NCBI GenBank assembly: GCA_043805415.1
Contig: JAZDHZ010000033.1
Span: forward strand, 25,600-89,599
Direction of reading: 5' to 3'
Origin: Candidatus Omnitrophota bacterium
Lineage (GTDB): Bacteria > Omnitrophota > Gorgyraeia > B26-G9
Length of the DNA stretch: 64,000 nt
The position numbers and the translations under genes are program-made. The notes beneath the pieces are model-generated. The model was given only the letters and a program-made list of their open reading frames with translations, did no database searches and was not told the origin of the DNA. Below, piece by piece: positions 40,084 to 50,355 of this stretch (position 1 is the stretch's first letter; the number at the start of each line of letters is the position of its first letter).

Positions 40084-41313
40084 ATGAAAATTTTGGTTGT
40101 AACTCAATACTTTTGGCCGGAAAATTTTCGGATCAATGATTTAACCGCCGGCTTAGTTGAAAAAGGGCATGAGGTTACGGTTTTAACCGGTATTCCTAAT
40201 TATCCAACAGGAAGTTTTTTTCCGGGGTATGGGATGTTTAAGAACATGAGGCAGGAATATCAGGGCGCAAGAATTATTCGAGTGCCGCTAATCCCTAGAG
40301 GGAAAAGCGGGAAACTTTCTCTAGTGTTAAATTATTTCTCGTTTGCTTTTTTTGCTAGTGTTATGGCTCCGTTTGTTTGCCGGGGGAAGTATGACCTGAT
40401 ATTTGTTTATCAGCTTTCACCTGTAACAGTTGCTATTCCGGCTTTATTATTAAAAAAATTGAAAGCATTACCAACAATACTCTGGGTGCAGGATCTTTGG
40501 CCGGAAAGTCTTTCCGCGACTGGTGCGGTAAACTCTTTGTTATTGTTGAAGTTAGTGGGAAAACTGGTTCATTGGATATACCATAAATCCGACTTAATCC
40601 TTGCGCAGTCAAAGGCGTTTATACCCTATATCAAAAATTTCGAAGTAAAACCAAGCAAAATTACGTATTTTCCCAACAATACAGAGGCTTTTTATCATCC
40701 GGTTGAGGTGGAAAAAGATGCGCCAGAACGCAAAAAAATTCCTCAAGGCTTTATTGTTATGTTTGCCGGTAATATTGGAGCTGCTCAGGATTTTCCCACG
40801 CTTATTTCCGCGGCGGAAAAATTAAAGAATTATCCGGATATATATTGGGTAATTCTCGGTGATGGAAGAAGGCGTCAATGGGCTGAAGAAGAGGTGCAAG
40901 CGCGAAATTTAAGTCAAAAATTTATATTTTTAGGCAGGCATGCTCCTGAAAATATGCCGCGGTATTTTGCTTTAGCCGATGTTTTGCTTGTTACGCTTAA
41001 AGATGAGGAAATATTTAAGCTTACTGTCCCATCAAAAGTTCAGTCATATCTGGCATGTGCTAAGCCGATCATTGCTTCATTGGCTGGGGAAGGGGCAAGG
41101 ATTATTGAAGAGGCTGGAGCCGGATTTTCCTGTAAGCCGGAAGATCCTCTATCTCTTGCGCAATTGGTTTTAAATGTGTATAATATGCCAAAAGACGAGT
41201 TGTACAGAATGGGAATAAAGGCAAGAAAGTATTTTGAAAAGTATTTCGAACGATATAAGCTTTTAGATCAGCTAAACGAAATAATTGTTGGCTTAAAAGG
41301 AGCAAAAAGATAA
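40084..41313 (+). CDS. wbuB: WbuB/WbjE-like GT4 (L-6-deoxy-HexNAc transferase)
   Basis: QYFWPE, PNYP, QDLWPES, FAGNIG, PSKVQSY. Confidence 0.8.
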   Translation: MKILVVTQYFWPENFRINDLTAGLVEKGHEVTVLTGIPNYPTGSFFPGYGMFKNMRQEYQGARIIRVPLIPRGKSGKLSLVLNYFSFAFFASVMAPFVCRGKYDLIFVYQLSPVTVAIPALLLKKLKALPTILWVQDLWPESLSATGAVNSLLLLKLVGKLVHWIYHKSDLILAQSKAFIPYIKNFEVKPSKITYFPNNTEAFYHPVEVEKDAPERKKIPQGFIVMFAGNIGAAQDFPTLISAAEKLKNYPDIYWVILGDGRRRQWAEEEVQARNLSQKFIFLGRHAPENMPRYFALADVLLVTLKDEEIFKLTVPSKVQSYLACAKPIIASLAGEGARIIEEAGAGFSCKPEDPLSLAQLVLNVYNMPKDELYRMGIKARKYFEKYFERYKLLDQLNEIIVGLKGAKR

Positions 41314-42191
41314 TGCGTATATTGATTTTTGGCGGAAGCGGGATGCTGGGCCATACACTATGGGAGCATTTATCTGTTTGTTTTCCTGAAACATTTGTAG
41401 TGATAAGGCATAGCCGCGAGACCTATAAAGGGTTTAAACTGTTTGAAGACTCCGAACATGTAGTTGATAATATCGACGGCATGGATTTTCCCATAGTTGA
41501 AAGTGTCTTAAGTAAGGTAAAGCCGGATATTATTCTTAACTGTATTGGGATTACTAAACGCCACGAAACGAAAAATGATCCAATAGCTAGTATTACTCTG
41601 AATTCGCTTTTTCCTCATAAGTTAGCAAAATGGGGCAATAATAATAACGCTAAAGTGATTAGTTTTAGTACGGATTGTGTTTTTGATGGAAAATCCGGTC
41701 ACTATACTGAGGAAAGCCTGACTTCTGCCGAAGATATTTATGGAAAAACAAAAGCATTGGGAGAAGTCAAGATCGGTAATGCTCTGACATTACGGTCCTC
41801 TTTTATTGGTCCTGAGTTGTTGCATGGTTCAGAGCTTCTGGAATGGTTTCTTGCTCAGACGGGAACTGTTAAGGGGTTTAGAAAGGCCATTTATTCCGGG
41901 CTAACCACCTTAGAATTGTGCAGAGTAGTGGAGAAGATTATTTCTGATTACCCGGAGGCAAAAGGACTTTATCATGTATCCAGCGAACCAATTACAAAAT
42001 TTGATTTATTATTATTGATCAAGAAAAAAATGGGGCTTAGTATTGAGATTATTCCAGAAGACAATTTTTATTGTGACCGCAGTTTAGACTCTTCTAGATT
42101 CCGTGGGGAGTTTAATTATACGCCTCCATCATGGGAAACTATGATTGATGAACTGGCAGCAGAGTTGAAAGGAAAAAACGATGATTCTTAA
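41313..42191 (+). CDS. RmlD-like reductase (QnlA/WbvR-type)
   Basis: GGSGMLG, STDCVFDG, YGKTK; no C-terminal cupin. Confidence 0.75.
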   Translation: MRILIFGGSGMLGHTLWEHLSVCFPETFVVIRHSRETYKGFKLFEDSEHVVDNIDGMDFPIVESVLSKVKPDIILNCIGITKRHETKNDPIASITLNSLFPHKLAKWGNNNNAKVISFSTDCVFDGKSGHYTEESLTSAEDIYGKTKALGEVKIGNALTLRSSFIGPELLHGSELLEWFLAQTGTVKGFRKAIYSGLTTLELCRVVEKIISDYPEAKGLYHVSSEPITKFDLLLLIKKKMGLSIEIIPEDNFYCDRSLDSSRFRGEFNYTPPSWETMIDELAAELKGKNDDS

Positions 42192-43248
42192 AGGGAAAAC
42201 TATTCTAGTAATTGGCGGTACAGGGTCTTTAGGAAAAGTTTTTGTTAAAAGGGTATTGAGCGGAAAACTCGGGACTCCCAAAAAAGTAATAGTGATGTCT
42301 CGTGATGAAGCAAAACAGCATGATATGCGCATGTCCTATTTACATAAACTGGTTGCTACTGATGAGGTTATTTATAATAATTTCAAAAACGCGCTGGAGT
42401 TTCGAATCGGAGATGTTCGTGATTACGCGGATGTTTGTTCCGCAGTAAAAAACGCGGACATTGTTGTTAACGCGGCAGCGTTAAAACAGGTTCCGACATG
42501 CGAGTATTTTCCCACACAGGCAGTTTTGACAAATTGCATAGGTGCTTCAAATATAGTACGCGCTATTGAAGAGAACAGTTATCAGGTTGATACTGTTATC
42601 GGTGTTAGTACAGATAAAGCTTGTAAACCGCTAAATGTTATGGGAATGACTAAAGCGGTTCAGGAAAGAATCTTTATATCGGCAAATATCTTAAATCCAG
42701 GAACCCGTTTTGTTTGTGTTCGTTATGGTAATGTTCTAGCTTCACGCGGTTCAGTTATTCCTCTTTTCCATGAACAAATTAAAAATAATGGGCCTGTAAC
42801 AGTAACGGTTCCGGAAATGACCCGGTTTTTATTGAGCTTGAATCAGGCAGTGGATACTTTATTTGCGGCATTACGTTTTGCGAAAAAAGGGGAAACATAT
42901 GTGCCTAATGTACCTGCTTCAACAGTGATTAATGTGGCAAAGGCATTGATCGGCCAAAGAAAAATAAATATAAAAATTACCGGTATTCGGCCCGCGGAAA
43001 AAATGCATGAGATAATGGTTTCGGAAGAGGAAGCAACGCATTGTGTTCGGCGGGGAAATTATTACGCTATATTACCAATGCTTCCGGAATTGCGGAAACT
43101 TGGCAAAACTGAATCTCGCGCTTTAAAAAAAGAATTTAGTTCCGAGGATACCGCGCTTGATTTGAACGGAACCATTGCTTTGTTAAAGCAACATAAGCTG
43201 ATGGTTGAGGATATTGATCTGTCACAGGGTGAGGAATTACTCCGATAG
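42181..43248 (+). CDS. fnlA: UDP-GlcNAc 4,6-dehydratase/5-epimerase (FnlA/WbjB/CapE)
   Basis: GGTGSLG, SRDEAKQ, AAALKQVP, STDKA, RYGNVLASRGS. Confidence 0.85.
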   Translation: MILKGKTILVIGGTGSLGKVFVKRVLSGKLGTPKKVIVMSRDEAKQHDMRMSYLHKLVATDEVIYNNFKNALEFRIGDVRDYADVCSAVKNADIVVNAAALKQVPTCEYFPTQAVLTNCIGASNIVRAIEENSYQVDTVIGVSTDKACKPLNVMGMTKAVQERIFISANILNPGTRFVCVRYGNVLASRGSVIPLFHEQIKNNGPVTVTVPEMTRFLLSLNQAVDTLFAALRFAKKGETYVPNVPASTVINVAKALIGQRKINIKITGIRPAEKMHEIMVSEEEATHCVRRGNYYAILPMLPELRKLGKTESRALKKEFSSEDTALDLNGTIALLKQHKLMVEDIDLSQGEELLR

Positions 43249-43275
43249 GTTGTTTTTGTAAGAAAGGATAAATTT

Positions 43276-44397
43276 ATGAAAATTATGACTATAGTTGGCA
43301 CACGTCCGGAAATTATCAAGCTTAGTCGAGTAATGAGTGAAATAGAAAAATACCATAAACATATTCTTGTTCATACTGGGCAGAATTATGATTATGAGCT
43401 TAATGAAATTTTTTTTAAAGAAATGGGTGTTAGAAAACCTGATTATTTTCTCAATGCTGTAGGCAAGACACTGGCGGAAACTATTGGGAATGTCATCGCA
43501 AAATCTGATAAGATTATGGAAAAGGAATTGCCCGAGGCAGTTCTTCTTTATGGAGACACTAACAGCTGTTTGTCTGTAATTGCCGCGAAAAGGCGGAAAA
43601 TACCGGTTTTTCATATGGAAGCCGGCAATCGCTGTTTTGATCAGCGGGTTCCTGAGGAATTAAACCGGAGAATAGTGGATCATTTAAGTGATATTAATAT
43701 GACGCTTACGGAACATGCTCGCAGATATTTGATTGCTGAGGGGGTAAAGCCGGAAACAATCATAAAAACAGGTTCACCGATCAAAGAGATTCTGGATTTT
43801 TATATGCCGTCTATTTTAAAATCAACAGTGTTAGAGAAATTAGAATTGAGTGAGGGTAAATATTTTGTCGTAAGCGCGCATCGTGAAGAAAATATAGATA
43901 GTGAACAAAATTTTAGTGATTTGCTCGATGCTTTAAATAAAATAGCGCGTACGTTTAAAAAGAAAATAATTGTTTCGACGCATCCTCGAACCAGAAAGAA
44001 ACTGGAAAGCGGAAAAAAGAAAAATTTTGATTCCAGGATATCTTTCCTCAAGCCGCTGGGTTTTTTTGATTATATCAAGTTACAGATGAATGCCGCTTGT
44101 GTAATATCTGATAGCGGGACTATAACAGAGGAGTCGTCGATACTTAATTTTCCGGCGGTAACGATTCGTCAGGCTCATGAGCGTCCTGAAGGAGTCGACG
44201 AGGGGACTTTGATCATGTGCGGACTGAAAGCTAACGATATTATTAATGCGATTAAGACTGTAACTGCTCAGTATTCAAAGAGTAACCGTCAATTTAAAAT
44301 AATCCCGGATTATGATGTGGATAATGTTTCCAAGAAAGTATTGAGAATTATTATGAGCTATACGGATTATATAAACCGCACGGTGTGGTATAAGTAA
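43276..44397 (+). CDS. fnlC: UDP-N-acetylhexosamine 2-epimerase (FnlC/WbjD/QnlB type)
   Basis: GTRPEIIK, HTGQNYD, HMEAGNRCFD, DSGTITEE. Confidence 0.85.
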   Translation: MKIMTIVGTRPEIIKLSRVMSEIEKYHKHILVHTGQNYDYELNEIFFKEMGVRKPDYFLNAVGKTLAETIGNVIAKSDKIMEKELPEAVLLYGDTNSCLSVIAAKRRKIPVFHMEAGNRCFDQRVPEELNRRIVDHLSDINMTLTEHARRYLIAEGVKPETIIKTGSPIKEILDFYMPSILKSTVLEKLELSEGKYFVVSAHREENIDSEQNFSDLLDALNKIARTFKKKIIVSTHPRTRKKLESGKKKNFDSRISFLKPLGFFDYIKLQMNAACVISDSGTITEESSILNFPAVTIRQAHERPEGVDEGTLIMCGLKANDIINAIKTVTAQYSKSNRQFKIIPDYDVDNVSKKVLRIIMSYTDYINRTVWYK

Positions 44398-44497
44398 ACC
44401 GTATTTTTCAGTTTTAAACGATAATGACTTTAATAACTGAGGATTTGTTGTCTTCAATCTGTGTGTATTTTATGGTTATTTTGTTTGAGGATTCGTG

Positions 44498-44506
44498 TGC
44501 TATAAT
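44498..44506 (+). promoter_or_regulatory. Extended -10 promoter for the micropeptide/NoeA-like cassette
   Basis: TGCTATAAT in the 210-bp intergenic gap. Confidence 0.5.
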
Positions 44507-44607
44507 ATATGCTATATTCCTGTAGTTTGGGCTTATGAGTCATATTTTAAATTAAAATCATTGATTTGTTAATATGGGCCAAAATGAAAATTTAAAAAGG
44601 GGGCAGG

Positions 44608-44826
44608 ATGTTTAATTTAAAAAGGAATTTTTATTTCCGATTATGTATGGTTATTTTAATCTGTATGTTTTTCACAAAAAACGCTTATGCTTATTTAGAT
44701 CCGGGAACTGGAAGTTATATTATACAAGTATTAATTGGCATTGTGATGGGCGGGATTATTACCATTAAGTTCTATTGGAAAAGGATTAAAGATTTTTTAA
44801 AGAATCTCTTTAACCCGCAAAAGTGA
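44608..44826 (+). CDS. Small membrane protein: signal peptide (AYA|), YLDPGTGS motif, TM helix
   Basis: 72 aa; G-rich RBS upstream; stop overlaps the next ATG (TGATG). Confidence 0.8.
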   Translation: MFNLKRNFYFRLCMVILICMFFTKNAYAYLDPGTGSYIIQVLIGIVMGGIITIKFYWKRIKDFLKNLFNPQK

Positions 44827-46208
44827 TGAAACTTATTAAACCTATTCAAAGCTCTTTTAGAGATCCGAGCGGTTTCCTTTTTTTTCGGAATGGCTTGCTG
44901 TGTCGTCAGATAAATAAAATATATAAGGAAGAGTATGATCATTTGATGATCTCAGGCCTTTATAATAGGCTTGTAAAAGAGAAATTACTTATACCGCATG
45001 TTGAAACAGAGGGGATAGCCGGACAAATTGAAGCCTATAAAATTGTTCAACCAGAATTCATACCTTTCATTTCCTATCCTTACGAATGGTGTTTCAGCCA
45101 GTTAAAGGACGCAGCTTTAACAACATTAAAGATACAAAAAATAGCTATTGAATCAGGTATGTCTTTGAAGGACGCAAGTGCGTATAATATACAATTTAAC
45201 GAGGGCAAACCTGTATTAATAGATACTCTGTCTTTTGAAAAATATAATGAAGGCAAGCCTTGGATTGCGTATAGACAGTTTTGCCAGCATTTTCTTGCGC
45301 CTTTATCTTTGATGAGCCTTACCGATGTTCGAATGAGCCAACTTTTTAGGGTGTATATAGATGGTATCCCTTTAGATTTGGCGAGTCTATTATTACCTAA
45401 AAATAGCTGGTTAAGGTTTTCTTTATTTTTTCACATTCACATTCATGCTAGAGGACAGAAACATTTTGCTGACAAGCAAGTTGATACACAAAGGCATAAA
45501 TTAAGTAAATTGTCCTTATTGGGAATAATTGAAAATCTTGAAAAAACAATACAAAAATTCAACTGGAGACCTAAGGGAACTGAATGGGCTGATTATTACG
45601 CTAATACTAATTATTCTGCTGAGGCGCTACAGCATAAAAAGGATATTGTAGCCGAATTCTTGTCCAAAGCTGATCCGAAAACTGTATGGGATATTGGCGC
45701 CAATGAAGGGGTATTTAGCGGTATTGCCAGTGATAAAGGGATAAAGGTGGTATCTTTTGATAACGATCCTGCGGCAGTGGAAAAAAATTACCTTAAGTGT
45801 AAATTACAAGAAGAAACAAATACTCTGCCTTTGTTGATCGACATAACTAATCCGAGCCCGGGCATCGGATGGGAAAATGAGGAAAGAGAGTCTTTTATAA
45901 AACGCGGTCCCGTGGATATGGTTTTGGCACTGGCCTTGGTACATCATTTAGCGATCTCTAATAATGTCCCATTAAATAAAATCGCTAACTTTTTTAGCAA
46001 TATTTGTACTTGGTTGGTTATTGAATTTATTCCCAAATGTGATTCGCAGGTCCAAAGGCTTTTGGCAAACAGGGCGGATATCTTTTCGAATTATACTCAG
46101 CAGGATTTTGAAGTTTCTTTCCAAGATGATTTTTTAATACTCCAAAAGGTACGGAATATAGACTCTCAGCGCATACTTTATCTTATGAAAAAAAAGGGGC
46201 ATGATTAA
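44826..46208 (+). CDS. NoeA-like protein: kinase-like N-domain fused to a class I methyltransferase
   Basis: SFRDPSG, SYPYEW, LKDASAYNIQF, LIDTLSF; C-domain WDIGANEG, LALVHH. Confidence 0.75.
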   Translation: MKLIKPIQSSFRDPSGFLFFRNGLLCRQINKIYKEEYDHLMISGLYNRLVKEKLLIPHVETEGIAGQIEAYKIVQPEFIPFISYPYEWCFSQLKDAALTTLKIQKIAIESGMSLKDASAYNIQFNEGKPVLIDTLSFEKYNEGKPWIAYRQFCQHFLAPLSLMSLTDVRMSQLFRVYIDGIPLDLASLLLPKNSWLRFSLFFHIHIHARGQKHFADKQVDTQRHKLSKLSLLGIIENLEKTIQKFNWRPKGTEWADYYANTNYSAEALQHKKDIVAEFLSKADPKTVWDIGANEGVFSGIASDKGIKVVSFDNDPAAVEKNYLKCKLQEETNTLPLLIDITNPSPGIGWENEERESFIKRGPVDMVLALALVHHLAISNNVPLNKIANFFSNICTWLVIEFIPKCDSQVQRLLANRADIFSNYTQQDFEVSFQDDFLILQKVRNIDSQRILYLMKKKGHD

Positions 46209-47607
46209 TAAAATAACGATACATCCATATTGTTTCGCATTATATTATATATTACTTGCAGCTACCACGCAATTCAGGCCGGCTTTATTGAATTTATTTT
46301 TTTCGACTTTAATTCTATTAGCGCTAGTGTTGGTATTCCATCTGATATTGTGGTTCAGGCTTAGGGATATTTTGAAGGCCGGGATTATCGTTACTATTAT
46401 TTTATTCTCGTTTTTATTTTATTCACAGATATATCAGATGGTTTCTGATATATCTACTAAATTAGCCAGGCACAGATTTCTCGTTTTTGGAGTATTAACT
46501 TTTACGATTTCATCAATTTTTTTCATTACAAAGACAAAAAAAAAGCTGTGTAATCTTAATTCCTATCTTAATCTTGTTTCCGTGGCATATGTTATTTATG
46601 GAATAATACTGGTATCCCAAACATACGCAAAGCCTTATGATAGTTCGCTGGAAAATCAAGTTTATGATATTAAATTCGAAAAAAGTGCGAGTAGCGTGGA
46701 GGAAATAAAGAAATTACCGGATATTTATTATATTATTTTAGATAGCTATACCAGTTCAGCTGCTCTAAAGAAATACTTTAGTTATGATAATAATGAGTTT
46801 GTGCATAATTTACAAAAAAGAGGATTCTATGTAGCAGAAACTAGCCGTTCGTTTGCAAATTCCACTGCTATTTCCATAGCTTCAACCTTTAATATGACTA
46901 ATGATCATAGATTATTAGCTGAACCTACCGAAATTTGCATGAAATTAATCGAAAATAGTTTGGTAGTAAAATATTTGAGCTCCCGATCATATGAAATAAC
47001 AAATTATTCTTTATTTTGCTTAGCTGATAAACAGCCATATTATACATATTTTTCATCTTTCAATGGATTCAATCCCTGGAAAATGTTAGAAAATAACCTT
47101 TTCAATGTAGCCTTCCAAAATTTTCAAAACGGAGATATGTATAAGATTAATAAGAGCATAATTTTCGAATTAAAGCGAATGCCCGAGGTCAGGCAAAATC
47201 AGCCGAGATTTATATATGCTCACCTGTTTATTCCTCATGAGCCTATGATATTAGATCGGGAGACAAACATTATTCCGTGGTGGAAACGCAAAAGTATTTT
47301 AGATAAGAAGGCCTATGTTGAACAGGTGCAAGGAACAAATAAGTTAGTTTTGGAAGTAATCGATAATATATTGGGTAAATCAAAAGTTCAGCCAGTTATT
47401 ATTATACAAGGAGATCACGGGTATAGACATGGGGAACATTCCAAGGTGACCGGTTTTTCCATATTAAATGCTTATTATCTTCCTGATAAGGATTATAAAT
47501 ATTTATATCCGAACGTTTCTCCTTTTAATTCTTTTAGGATAATATTCAATCTATATCTAAAGACTAAATATGAATTATTAAAGGATGATTATTGGGGCAA
47601 TGAATAA
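46201..47607 (+). CDS. Membrane-anchored alkaline-phosphatase-superfamily (LtaS/sulfatase-like) transferase
   Basis: About 5 N-terminal TM segments, PDIYYIILDSY, NSTAIS, HLFIPHEP, QGDHG. Confidence 0.7.
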   Translation: MINKITIHPYCFALYYILLAATTQFRPALLNLFFSTLILLALVLVFHLILWFRLRDILKAGIIVTIILFSFLFYSQIYQMVSDISTKLARHRFLVFGVLTFTISSIFFITKTKKKLCNLNSYLNLVSVAYVIYGIILVSQTYAKPYDSSLENQVYDIKFEKSASSVEEIKKLPDIYYIILDSYTSSAALKKYFSYDNNEFVHNLQKRGFYVAETSRSFANSTAISIASTFNMTNDHRLLAEPTEICMKLIENSLVVKYLSSRSYEITNYSLFCLADKQPYYTYFSSFNGFNPWKMLENNLFNVAFQNFQNGDMYKINKSIIFELKRMPEVRQNQPRFIYAHLFIPHEPMILDRETNIIPWWKRKSILDKKAYVEQVQGTNKLVLEVIDNILGKSKVQPVIIIQGDHGYRHGEHSKVTGFSILNAYYLPDKDYKYLYPNVSPFNSFRIIFNLYLKTKYELLKDDYWGNE

Positions 47608-47703
47608 AAATACAATCCTATTTGCTTTCGAGTTGGCTGTTTTTAAGGCGCTGTTTACTCTTGAACAGGGGATTAGGGAAACTGTAACATAGTGCAAATA
47701 AAT

Positions 47704-48264
47704 ATGAAACGAATTTTTGATTTTATTTTGGCTTTTATTTTGATGAGTTTGTTTAGCGTGCCGATGTTACTTATTGCAGCATATATTAAGCTAATATCTA
47801 AGGGGCCGGCTATATTCTGGACTGATCGCGTGGGTATAAATAATATCATTTTTAAAATGGCAAAATTTAGGACTATGAAATTAAATACGCCCCAGGTAGC
47901 GACTCATTTAATGAAAAACCCGGAAAAATATTTAATTCCAGGAGGAAAGTTTCTGCGTATATCAAGCCTTGATGAGCTGCCGCAATTATTTAACATTTTA
48001 AAGGGAAATATGAGTTTCGTCGGTCCTCGCCCCGCATTATTTAATCAGGATGACCTCGTGGAATTGCGTACTAAGAAAAATATCCATAAGCTTGTTCCCG
48101 GTATTACGGGTTGGGCGCAGGTAAACGGAAGAGACGATTTAGAGATTCCTGTAAAAGTTTCTTTTGATGAATATTACCTCAGGAACCGTTCTTTTGCCTT
48201 TGATCTTAACATTATTTTTTTAACTGCGATAAAAGTTTTAAAAAGAGATGGTGTTAAGCATTAA
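47704..48264 (+). CDS. Initiating phosphoglycosyl transferase (PglC/WbaP C-terminal domain)
   Basis: KRIFD, KFRTM, SLDELPQL, SFVGPRP, PGITGWAQVNGR; alternative GTG start at 47692. Confidence 0.9.
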   Translation: MKRIFDFILAFILMSLFSVPMLLIAAYIKLISKGPAIFWTDRVGINNIIFKMAKFRTMKLNTPQVATHLMKNPEKYLIPGGKFLRISSLDELPQLFNILKGNMSFVGPRPALFNQDDLVELRTKKNIHKLVPGITGWAQVNGRDDLEIPVKVSFDEYYLRNRSFAFDLNIIFLTAIKVLKRDGVKH

Positions 48265-48429
48265 AAATAGACTCACATAGCCTGACAATATCAATGAAAT
48301 GGTTGTAAAAACCATTTCATTGATATATAATATAACCCTACGTAAAATGAATAAAATTTCTTATAACATATTGATACTTTTGGTGTTATAGATTTTATGT
48401 CAAGAAAAGACGCAAAGAGGATATACAAG

Positions 48430-50271
48430 ATGAAAGTAAAATTTAGAAAATTGATTATAGTTGCTGTTGATTTGTTGTCAATTAATGTTTCCATATTTCT
48501 TGCGTTTATGATCCGTTTTGACTGGAATCCATCTCCTTTGATGAGAGAAGCGTGCGTTTATTTCATGGTTTTGGCAAGTGTGATCAGAGTTAGTATGTTT
48601 TTTGTTTTTGGCGCGTATCAGTGGTCTTTTCGGCATGCCAGCATGAGCGAAGCCATGAATATTTTTAAAGCTGTTACTGTCGGAAGCCTAGTGATTATTA
48701 CTTCGGCATTTTTTTTGCGGCAAGATGGGCTGCTGGGCATAGGGCGTACGGTACTGTTGATTGATTATCTAATTTGTTTTTTTCTGATCAGCGCTTCGCG
48801 GTTTTTGCCCAGGTTTTTGATTAAGTTTCGAATCTTGCACCGGAGCAATCTCAAACGATTGCTTATTGTAGGGGCGGGAACTGCTGGAGAAATGGTTGTT
48901 CGTGAGTTGCTTAATGTGGAGGAGGGGATGTATCTTCCTATTGGTTTTGTCGATGATGACCATTTGAAACTGCATTCACGAATACATGGCATAAAAATAT
49001 TGGGAGTGACTGATGATATAAAAAAACTAGTCACTGATCATGGGATAGAGGAAATTGTCATTGCTATGCCTTCGGCCAATGGCCGGACTATAAGAAATAT
49101 TGTTTCTAAATGTGAAAATTTAGGCGTAAAGATTAAAATCATTCCTGGATTGCATAAAATAATGTCAGGAGAAGTATCTATAAAGCAAATTACTGACGTC
49201 CAGCCGGAAGATCTTTTGGGCCGGCAGATGGTGGAAATGGACGAGAGTGATGTCCAGGCGTTTCTCAAAGAACAGGTTGTTCTTGTTTCCGGTGCGGGCG
49301 GAACTATCGGATCGGAATTATGCCGGCAAATAGTAAAATTTAATCCAAGACTCTTAATCCTCTTTGATTATAATGAAAATGATATTTATTTTTTGGAACT
49401 GGAGTTGAAAGAAAAATACCCATATTTGAATTTTAAAACAATAATTGGTGATATTAAGGATGTGGGATTGCTCAAACATACATTTTCCAGCTATAAACCC
49501 GATATTGTGTTCCATTCCGCCGCGCATAAACATGTGCCGCTTATGGAGGAAAATCCAGTAGCAGCAGTTAAAAATAATATTATAGGAACCCGTAATCTTA
49601 TGTATGCTTCCGAGCATTACGGGGTCAAAAATTTTGTAATGATATCTACAGATAAAGCAGTTAATCCTACAAGTATTATGGGTGCTTCAAAGCGAATAGC
49701 GGAAACAATGATTCAGGCAAAGGCACAGGTTTCCAGAACAAAATTTATGGCGGTTCGTTTCGGTAATGTTATTGGTTCCAGCGGAAGTGTTATTCCGATT
49801 TTTAAAAAACAGATTGAAAAGGGCGGCCCTATAACCGTTACTCATCCCGAGGTCAAAAGATATTTTATGTCAGCCAGCGAAGCAGCCCAACTGGTAATTC
49901 AGGCTGGGGCTATTGGCAATGGAGGTGAAATCTTTATTTTGGATATGGGCGAACAGATTAAAATTACTGATCTTGCCAAAAATCTGATAACATTATCCGG
50001 GCTGGAAGTTGATGTGGATATTGAAATTAAGTATATTGGATTACGGCCGGGAGAGAAGATGGAGGAGGAGACATTGCTTGATATTGAGCATGATAGGGCA
50101 ACAAAATACAATAAAATTTTCATTGCTCAGCCGAATAATTTTGATTTACGTAAGATGCGTAGGGATATAAGAGCGCTGGAAGTAATGGCTAAAGTTATGG
50201 ACAGCCAGCGCATAGTTAATAAAATTAAAAAGATGGTCCCCTTCCATAATTCTAATGCAGCGATAAAATGA
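48430..50271 (+). CDS. Membrane-bound UDP-GlcNAc 4,6-dehydratase (PglF/CapD/WbpM)
   Basis: 4 TM segments, GAGTAG, EDLLGR, GAGGTIGSEL, AAHKHVP, STDKAVNP; alternative start at 48397. Confidence 0.9.
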   Translation: MKVKFRKLIIVAVDLLSINVSIFLAFMIRFDWNPSPLMREACVYFMVLASVIRVSMFFVFGAYQWSFRHASMSEAMNIFKAVTVGSLVIITSAFFLRQDGLLGIGRTVLLIDYLICFFLISASRFLPRFLIKFRILHRSNLKRLLIVGAGTAGEMVVRELLNVEEGMYLPIGFVDDDHLKLHSRIHGIKILGVTDDIKKLVTDHGIEEIVIAMPSANGRTIRNIVSKCENLGVKIKIIPGLHKIMSGEVSIKQITDVQPEDLLGRQMVEMDESDVQAFLKEQVVLVSGAGGTIGSELCRQIVKFNPRLLILFDYNENDIYFLELELKEKYPYLNFKTIIGDIKDVGLLKHTFSSYKPDIVFHSAAHKHVPLMEENPVAAVKNNIIGTRNLMYASEHYGVKNFVMISTDKAVNPTSIMGASKRIAETMIQAKAQVSRTKFMAVRFGNVIGSSGSVIPIFKKQIEKGGPITVTHPEVKRYFMSASEAAQLVIQAGAIGNGGEIFILDMGEQIKITDLAKNLITLSGLEVDVDIEIKYIGLRPGEKMEEETLLDIEHDRATKYNKIFIAQPNNFDLRKMRRDIRALEVMAKVMDSQRIVNKIKKMVPFHNSNAAIK

Positions 50272-50355
50272 GACTAACTCCTTATCCATGATGAGCGTGG
50301 GGAAATTAAAACGCTTCTGTTTGTAGTCGGTCACTTAGGGTTGGTTTTGGAATAA

